This document shows positions 18,274-27,300 of a stretch of 45,300 nucleotides of DNA, one piece after another. Under the pieces are notes generated by a model. The model was given only the letters and a program-made list of their open reading frames with translations. It searched no databases and was not told the origin of the DNA. The translations under genes were made by a program, and so were the position numbers. The stretch is from Eubacteriales bacterium (GTDB lineage Bacteria > Bacillota > Clostridia > Oscillospirales > CAG-272): assembly GCA_045129715.1 (NCBI GenBank), contig JBGVKA010000069.1, forward strand, positions 1-45,300, given 5' to 3'. How positions within the stretch are numbered: position 1 is the stretch's first letter; every line of letters begins with the position of its first letter.

Positions 18274-18358
18274 TCTTTACTTAAAACTTACGAATTGAAG
18301 ATCAATCTGTAAGTGCGAAATAAAGCTGGGTTTTTGCTTAAAATCCGAAGATCAAGAA

Positions 18359-21300
18359 TTAGCCAACGAGCTTCATTCTGTACTCTGCGAATCTGTCGCC
18401 GTACTCTTTTGCGAGCTTAGCATCCAAGCCGTATTTGGTCAAGAATTCGATCAAAGCGGTCTCTTCCTCTGCGGTGAGAGTCTTGTCAGCCTTAGCCTCG
18501 GAGAGTACGAAGCTCTTCTTGTAATTAAGAAGGTCTTCTTCGATCATCTTCATATCGTCTTCGGTAAGACCGTGTCCTTTAACGAATTCGCCGACGATCT
18601 TGAGATCCTCATCGTTGAGAGCGATCTTCTTTTCGTAGAGCTCTGCGTAGCGCTGCTTGTACTCAAGGAGCTTCTGGGAGTATTCCTTGGAGAGCTCTTC
18701 CTTGAGACCGTAGGTCACTATCATCTCCTTGACGAGTGCCTCTTCTTCAGCGCTGAGAGCCTCTGCATCGCCCTTGCCACCGATCGTGAAGGCGCCCTTG
18801 TAAGTCATCCAGCCGAGCTTGATATCCTCAAGCCCTTCCTTGATGCCATACTCACCGCAGAACTTCTCGAGAGCTTTAAGCTCTGAATCGGTAAGGTTGA
18901 TGAGAACGGGAGTTTCAACTACAAGCGATGCAGCGAGCTGCTGCTTGTATTCGGGCCATCTATTCATAAGCTCCTTCATCATCTGATCGTCGAGGTTGTA
19001 AGTCTTGCAGAAGACTTCGAGATTCTTTCTATCTTCTTCGCTGAGCTCCTTAGAAGGATTGGTCTCGTTGAAGCTGATCTTGTACTCGAACCATGCCTGC
19101 TGGAATGCCTTCTTGGTAGCATCTTCCATCTTGGCTGCCAAGTCATTGAACTTTGCAAGCTCGTCTTCGGTGAAGTACTTGGGATGGCTGGTAAGATTCT
19201 TAGCAAGAGTCATTCTGTACTCGATCCACATCTTCGGAAGCTCGCCTACAAGCTTAGAGCTGATCTTGAAGTTGTTTGCAAACTCGTCAAGAGCGCGGAT
19301 CTCTTCCTTGGTGAGCTCGCCTGCGGGATAAAGGGTTACGAAGCTTGCCTTGTATGCGAGCCATGCTTCCTTAACGCCGTCCATCATACTCTTGTCGATC
19401 ATACCCTCGGCAACGTACATCTCAAGGTTCTTAAGCTCTTCGTCGGTAAGAGTTACCTCTACCTCGCCGCTATTGGGAGTGAAGAAGGTGATCTTAGCCT
19501 CGGTGTTGTTCTGCCAGCCGTTGTCGATTCCGCCAACTCTTTCGATGTAAGCATCGATGTTGGAAACGGTGGAAAGGTAAACCACGGTAGTCGCGGTAAG
19601 ACCTTCAAATGCATAAGGATCGATGAAGTATTCTCTTCCGTTCAAGGTGATCTTGGAAACGGTCATTCCTGCGAATGCGCGGTCGTAAATGTGGTTGACC
19701 TTGCTGCTGAGATTGAGCTCGCCGGTGACAGCGGAGCAGTTAAGGAATGCTTCCTTACCGTACTGATAAGCAAGATCGAAGATGTTGGTGTTTGCAAGCT
19801 TGGAGTCGTTAGCAAACGCTCTGTCATCGACACCTACGTTGAATTCATCTCTCGAGCTAAGGTAAGAGGGTCTCACAAAGTTAAGGGTAGTGAGCTCCGT
19901 GCAGTTTTCGAACGCGCCCTTCGCGATTGCGTTTGCGGAGAGCGTTACGGATTTGAGTTCCGTACAGTTAGCGAATGCGGATTCGGCAATTTCATAGAAG
20001 CCTTCGGGAATTACGATGCTTGTAAGCTTTGTGCCTGCGAACAACGCCTTACCCATTTTGTTCATATTTCCGGTGATCTTACCGAAGGTAACGGATTCAA
20101 GAGCGGAGTTAGCGAATACGCCTTCTACGTTGTAGTTAGCGTTGTCACCAAATACCACGCTCGTTACACCCGTACCTGCGTACATATAAGGAGTGAATTC
20201 CTTAACGCCGGGGAACGCGTAGATCTGAGTGATCTTTGCGCATCCGTCGAAGAGGTGAGAGCCAACGGTCATATCGTCCTTTCTCTCAGCGAGAGTGAAG
20301 GTAGAAAGATTCGTACAGCCTGCAAATGCATAGTCACCAAGCTTGATAACAGATGCGGGAATAGTGATAGTCTCAAGAGCGGAGCATCCGTAGAATGCGC
20401 TGTTCTGGATCTCGGTAACGGACTCGGGAAGAGTAACGTTCTTAAGAGACTTGGAATTTGAGAATGCGTAGCTTGTGATAGTCTTGATACGAGCGTGAAG
20501 AACGATCGTTTCAAGCTTGGAATCAGCAAACGTACCGCTTGCAATATTTACTACGGTATCGGGGATCGTGTAGGATACAGCGGTATTCACGGGAGAGTAG
20601 TAAACTATTGTCAAGCCGTTTTCGGTGATAAGAGCACCGTCAACGTAGGTGAAGCTTGTGTTACCTGCAGCAAGAGTAAGCACGAGGTCGGTGCATCCCA
20701 TGAAGGGGTTGCCCTCGATAGAGGTTACGGTTGCGGGAATGGTAACTGCAGTGATCTTCGAGCAGTTTGCAAATGCGAAGGTACCGATGTGATCAAGTCC
20801 TTCGTTGAGATCGATCGTTACGAGCTCGTAGCAATTTGCGAACGCTTCATTGCCTATTCTAAGCATAGAATCGGGAAGATCGAGAGCGGTGAGCTTCTGG
20901 CACTCGAAGAATGCGGTAGTACCGATCTCTTCAAGAGTTGCGGGAAGGCTAAGGGTGGTAAATGCGGTTTTTGCAAACGCGCTGTCACCGATCTCAACGA
21001 GTCCTGCGGGGAATACTATGCTTGCAAGAGAGGAACACTCTGCGAACATTCCTTCGGGAATTATCTGGATAGAGCTGCCTTCCTCAAATACTACGCTCTT
21101 GAGAGCGGTACAGTATGCGAATGCACCTGAGCCGATTGTACGAAGAGATGCGGGAATGGTTACGGTCTTAAGCTTAGGACAGTTGTAGAATGCCTCTGCG
21201 CCGAGCTCCTCAAGCTGTGCGGGAAGAGTAAGCACTTCGAGATTCTGAAGTCCTGCGAAGAATCCGTCGGGGATCTTAACCATCTCTGCGGGAAGGTTGA

Positions 21301-24300
21301 TCTCCTTAAGATTTGTACAACCCGAGAAGGTGTTGTACTTGCCCTGAGCGTTATAACCAAAGCTCTTAACTGCAGGACCGAAGGTCACAGTCTCGAGAGC
21401 TTCGCAGTTAAGGAATGCGGAGAATCCAACGAAGTGGAGCTGAGCGGCATCCGTACAGGTGAAGGTCTTAAGAGACTTACACTGCTGGAATGCATAGTCG
21501 ATTATCTGCTTAACGCTGTTGGGGATAACGATAGAGGTGATACCGGATGCGTGGAACGCACTGCTTCCGATAACCTCGAGACCTTCGCTAAGCTCAACGG
21601 TCGTAAGAGCCGTACAATTCGAGAAGGTACGTCCTTCGAGCGTCTTAAGGCTCGCGGGAACCTTGAAGTAGGTGAGCTGTTTGCATCCGCCGAGCGCGTA
21701 GGAGCCCATGAATTCTACGGAATCGGGAAGGTTAAGCTCGGAAACGATAGTGTTCGAGAATGCGTAGGTACCGATCGTGGTAAGCTTGCTGTTAGGCGAG
21801 ATAGTGATCGTATGAAGATTCTTACAATCTCTGAACGCATAGTTTCCAATTGAGGTAACGTTATCGGGGATCTCAATGTGAGTGATGTTCGAATACTCGA
21901 ACGCCTTATCTGAGATAGACGTAAGAGCGGCGGGGAGCTTAACGTAGCTGCCCTTGAATCTTGCGAACATGCTTGCCGCGATGACCTGAACGGTATCGGG
22001 GATTATGAACTGATCCTCGTTCCAAGCGGAGGGTACCATGTAGATAGCGGTCTGCTCCTTATCGTAAACGATTCCGTTATAAGAGCTGAGGGTTTCATGG
22101 TTTTCGGGAACGTGGATCTTCTCGATGGTGATACAGCCCTCGATCAAGGAGCCGTTTGCATCAAGCTGAAGTTTTTCGGAAAGAGTGAGCTCAATGATCT
22201 TAGCTCTCTCGAATGCCTTAGCGCCGACAGCCTTAACGGTTGCGGGGATCACGAAGTTGATTCCTTTTTCAACCTGAGAAGCCATGTTGTAGAACGCCTG
22301 CTCTCCGATGGATTCGAGAACGGAGCCCTCTGCAACAGTGAAGCTTGTGAGATGTGAGCATCCGTAGAACGCCATCGCGGAGATCGTTTTAACGCTTGCG
22401 GGAACAACGAAGCTCGTGAGAGCGCCACAGGACTCGAACGCACGGTAACCAATGTCGGTCAAGGTGGAGTTCTTCAAAGCGTCCTCGCTTGCAAATACAA
22501 GCTCGGAAAGTCCGTAAAGTCCGTAGAAGGACTGCTGCTCGATGCTGGAAACCATAGGAAGCTCGATGCGCTTGATAGCACAGCTGTTTCTCATCGCGTT
22601 TCCAACGAATCTAACCGTGGAATCGGGATTGAACTTCATAACGGTTATGGGTGCATAGCCGCTTCCGGAATAGTTATTGAAGCCGTTCAAGAAGCTGTTT
22701 CTGATAGCGGTAAGGTGCGAGGGGAACTGGATAAGAGTAAGGTTGGTGTAGTTCTTGCTGTTTCCTTCTCTTGTTTCGTCGTAAGCGGTGCTGATAACTA
22801 CGGGTGAGGCATTATTTACCGCTGCGGAGTCGAGGTAACCGATTACGAGCTTAGCGGCTCCGTAGTTGGGATCGTCCTTAGCATACTCCTCAAAGATGAT
22901 CTGAGTGAGCTTGGTTCTGAGGAACGAAGTGTAGTCAACTACGGTTACGGTCTTGGGAACGGTTACGGTACCGTTGTTACCAAGGTTCTCCTTGGGAGAG
23001 AAGAGAAGTCTTACGGGATAACGGATTATGTCGCCGGAGTCGGGATCGGTATAAGACTGAAGCTTATAGAGAACGCCGTCAACAACGGTGAACATAGTGT
23101 TATCGGAAGAAACCGTGATGGTTGCAAGATTTGCATTGGTCGAGAAATCAAATTCGTTCGAGCCTTCATACTTAAGCTTGTAGAACACGTTGATCGCGGA
23201 GTAATCGTACTTATCAACCGACTCACCGAACGCCTTAAGCTGTGCGGGAAGGTGGATGGATGTAAGATTTGCGCCGACGAACGCGCCGTTAGCGATGTGA
23301 AGACCGATACCCTCGGAGGAGCCCTCGGTGAAGGTTATCTCGGTAAGGGTGGGAATGCTGAACGAGTAGCCTCTGATGTACTGAACGCTCTTGGGGATGT
23401 TTACGGACGTAAGCTTGGTGCCTGCGAACGCGTAGTCCTCGATAGCGTAAAGACCCTCGTTGAGCTTGATGCTCGAGATAGCGGTTCCGTAGAACGCGTA
23501 TCTGTCAATAGTGTTAAGAATTGCGTTTTCGGGAATAGTTACGGAGGTAAGAGCGGTAAGGTTTGCAAATGCGTACTCACCGATGTAGGTAGCGGTTGCG
23601 GGAACCTCGAAGGAGGTAAGAGCTGTGCCGGCGAAGGTACCGAACTTGGAATCAAGAACAACATCGTCGTTCTTAGCTATATTGTCGTCCCACTGACCGA
23701 TCTGGATATCTGCGGTACGGGGTGCGAAGGTAACGCTTTCAAGCTTTGCGGCATTGTAGAATGCACCGTGACCGATGAAGGTTACGTTCGCGGGGATCTC
23801 AATGGATACAATGTTTGTGTAAGCAAACGCATTGAAGCCGATGAAGGCTACGTTTGCGGGGATGGTGAAGCTTGCAAGAGCCGAGTGGTCGAATGCATAG
23901 CTTCCGATGGTTTCGGTGCTTGCGGGAAGAGTGAAGGAGGTAAGCTTCGAGCATCCTGCGAATGCACGAGCTCCGAGAACGAATTCCTCGTTAGTGCCTA
24001 CGAACTCTACGCTCGTAAGGTTGATACAGTTCTCGAAGGCACCCTTAGCGATCTCTTTAACGCTTGCGCCGATCTTAACGGTAACGACTGCGGGGTTGTT
24101 CTTAAATACGGAGGGACCGATCTTAAGAAGAGCGGAGTCGGTAAGGTCTACTAAGCCGTCAACGATCGTTCTGGTTCTGGGATAGTAGATGATCTCGGTG
24201 CGTCCCTTGGTATAAAGAATACCGTCGTGGGATTCGAGATAGGTGTTGTTCTCATCAACGTTGATGTTCTGAATGTTTTCACATCCGTCGAAGAGCGAGG

Positions 24301-27300
24301 AGTTGAAGGACGTAAGAGAAGAGGGAAGCTCAATGGTCGTAAGGCTTACACAGTTCTTGAATACGTCAGCTCCGAGCGAAAGGTTACCCGTTCCCTCTCC
24401 GAGAGAGATGGTGCTGAGCTTCGAGCAATCCTCGAATGCACCGTCACCGACGGACTCGGTGGTACCGTGGATCTCGAAGTGAGTGAGAGCGGTACAATTC
24501 ATGAACGCCTTGTTTCCGATATTCTTAAGAGTAGCGGTAGCGTCAATGGTGAAGGTTTTAAGAGAAGTACAGAATGCGAAGGAGGATTCAGCGATCTCGA
24601 AGATTTGAGCGTTTTCACCGATCGTTACGGTGGTGAGCTTAGAGCAGTTTGCAAATGCAAATTTGCCGATCTTTATGGTCTGATTCTCAGTTTCGTCGGA
24701 TACGTCGGAGCCCTCGATGGTCAAGGTCTTGAGGTTGGTACAACGGCTGAATGCGTTCTCACCAACGGTGAAGAGGCTTTCGCGAGGAGTCTTTACAATA
24801 ACCTCGGTAAGAGCGGTACAACCGTAGAATGCGTCTGCACCGATGTTCTCAACGTGCTCGCCTATGATAACCTTGGTAACGTAGGGGTTCTGATAGAAGA
24901 GCTTATCGTCGATAGAGGTGATTCCAAGCGGAACCTCGAAGGTACCCTTGAAGGATCTGGGAACGTAAAGAAGCTTAGTTCCGTAAGGATCGCAGATGAG
25001 GTTGTTAACGGAGCTGTAGTGCTCGCTACCGCCCTCGATCTCAATGATCGCAAGGTCCTCGAATACGTCGAATACCTTGATGTTCTTGAGCTCTGCAAGC
25101 TTAGCGGGAAGAACGAGCTTGGTTACGTTGGGAGTATCGGCGAAAGCACCGTCCTCGATGGTAACGTTCGTCTCTCTGCCGAATACGAACTCGATCTCGG
25201 TAAGCTGACGGCAGTTAACGAATGCGTCCTTGCTGACAGAGGTAACACCCTTGGAGATGATAACCTTGGAGATCTTCGCGTTCTGGAACGCGCCGGGGCC
25301 GATTACGTCAACGTTCTCGGATACGGTGTAGGTACCGATCTTAGCTGCGGGGAATGCCTCGAGGTAGGTCTCGCCGGACGTTGCGTGATAGTACATAAGA
25401 GCACCGTCGTGAGTCGAGTAAGGAGTTTCGTAGTTCGGAACTGCCTCGTACATATTGATGGAGAGAAGCTTTGTGCAAAGCTCGAATGCTCCAAGACCTA
25501 CGTACTCAACGGTGTTGGGGAAATCAACGGATACGATGTTGTAGCAAGAATGGAATGCGTTGTCCGAAATTCCGATAATGGGCTTGCCGTTGTACATCGC
25601 GGGGATCACGATAGTGGAAACGTTTCTGTTGTTGATACCGAGTCCCTTGGTTACGTAGTATCCTACGACCTCACCCGTAGTCTCGTTCTTCTGCTCAATG
25701 AAGCTGAGAGCCTCAGCAAAGTAAGGATAGAGAGTGGAGTCTCCGATAACGCCGTAAGGCTCAACGGAATTACCAAGGTCGTCGGTCATCTTGATTCCGC
25801 CGCCGTTAGGAGCGTTGAACCAACCAACGAAGAAGCCCTTGGACTCATCGGTGGATACGGGAATGGGGAGTTTGTAATCCTTGGTGTAAGTAACGTCTAC
25901 CTTGTCGCCGTTGGTTACGTTGGAAACGAAGGAGTTGTCAACGTTAAGAGTTACCTTGTAGCTCTTGGGGATCCAGTTGGTGTAAAGAGTAAGGTCTGCA
26001 GCGAGAACGAGAGTGGTCTCGGTGTATTCCTTACCGTTGTCGTCTGCTCCGAGAGGAGTGTTGTACCAACCGCCGAAGTTGAAGCCGTTAGCGGTCAAGC
26101 CGGTGGGAGGAGTAAGAGTGTCGCCTACTGCGAGATACTCGATAACCTCGCCGCCGTCGGTAGTACGGGTAACGTACTTAACTGCGTACGCGGTAACGGT
26201 GATCGTAGCTGCATCGTTCCAATCGGTAGTAAGGTCGGTGCAGATAACCTCGATAACGTTATCGCCTGCCTTAGTGAGAACAACGCTTGCGAAGTTCTTG
26301 CCGGTAACGGTGATCTCTTCGCCGCCGTTAACTCTTACCTTGAAGTTGCCGTAGCCGATAACGGAGGGCCAGGAAACAACCTTGTCGGAGTATGTAAGAG
26401 TAGTGCTCATAGCGTTGTAGATAGTGGTGAGCGTTGCGGGTGCGGAGCTTTCGCCGTTTGCAGTAGCAACTACGGTAACGGTGTACTCTTCACCTGCGGT
26501 AAGGTTAAGCTCGGTAAGCTTTGCAGCGAGGTCGAGCGTAGCCTCGGTAACGGTGTACTCGGTGCCGTTTACGGTAACGACGTAAGTACCTGCCTCAGAG
26601 GTCCAAGTAAGAACGGTACCGTTCAATGCAAGACCTTGAACCTTAGCGGGAGCGGTCTTGGTAGCGGTAGCGGTCGAAGCCTCGGGGGAGTTGTATCCGT
26701 CTGCAACGGGAGTTACGCTTACGGAAACGGAGCCGGTGTAATCAGCAAGGCTGAACGTAGTACCGGTGGTCTTGAAGGTGTAGGTCTCGGTGCCTACGGT
26801 AAGGGTTACCTTGTAAGCGGAAGCGTTTGCTACTGCGCCCCATACGAACGAATCGGTAGCCGCGTCGTAGGTAACGGTGCCGAGAGAAGCAAGGCTCTGC
26901 TCGTGAACGAGAACAACGGAGGGAACGGAGTTAGCATATCCCTCAGCTGCGGCAACAACGCTGAACTTGATACCGCCAACCTGCATGGTGCAGTTGCTGA
27001 AATCGAAGTAGGTGGAGTTGCCGTTGTCAAGAGCGTCGTGATTGTGGAGCTTGTTGCCGCAATCGATGGTAATGATGTACTTCTCAGCGTTTTCAACTGC
27101 GCCGAATACGAGCTTACCGTCAACGATCTTGAGCTCGGAGACTCTGTTAAGAGCCTTGTTGTTGTAGTATCTTACTGCAACGTCAGAGGTCTTTCCGCCA
27201 CTGCCTACTGCTACGATCTCGAACGAGTAAGCACCCGCTACCTGACCGGCAAAGTTGTAGTTGTAGTTGTAAGTAACGGTAGTGATCTCGTTAAGAACGT

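Noticed and set aside
18362-19450. Whether the C-terminal repeats of the giant protein are dockerins, SLH, ChW, CWB2, GW or a sortase signal.
   Set aside because: There are no Ca-binding DxNxDG loops (dockerin), no SLH or CWB2 consensus, no conserved Trp pattern of ChW/GW and no LPXTG plus hydrophobic tail. I kept the region as an unassigned repeat in the findings instead.
19576-25696. The regular periodicity in the LRR-coding DNA. I considered whether it was a CRISPR-like array, a DGR target or a phase-variable cassette system.
   Set aside because: The periodicity is at protein level (about 23-aa LRR units) inside an intact ORF, with no identical direct repeats or spacers. The window contains no reverse transcriptase, template repeat, recombinase/invertase or flanking inverted repeats, and the two LRR genes share no long identical DNA stretches that I could see.
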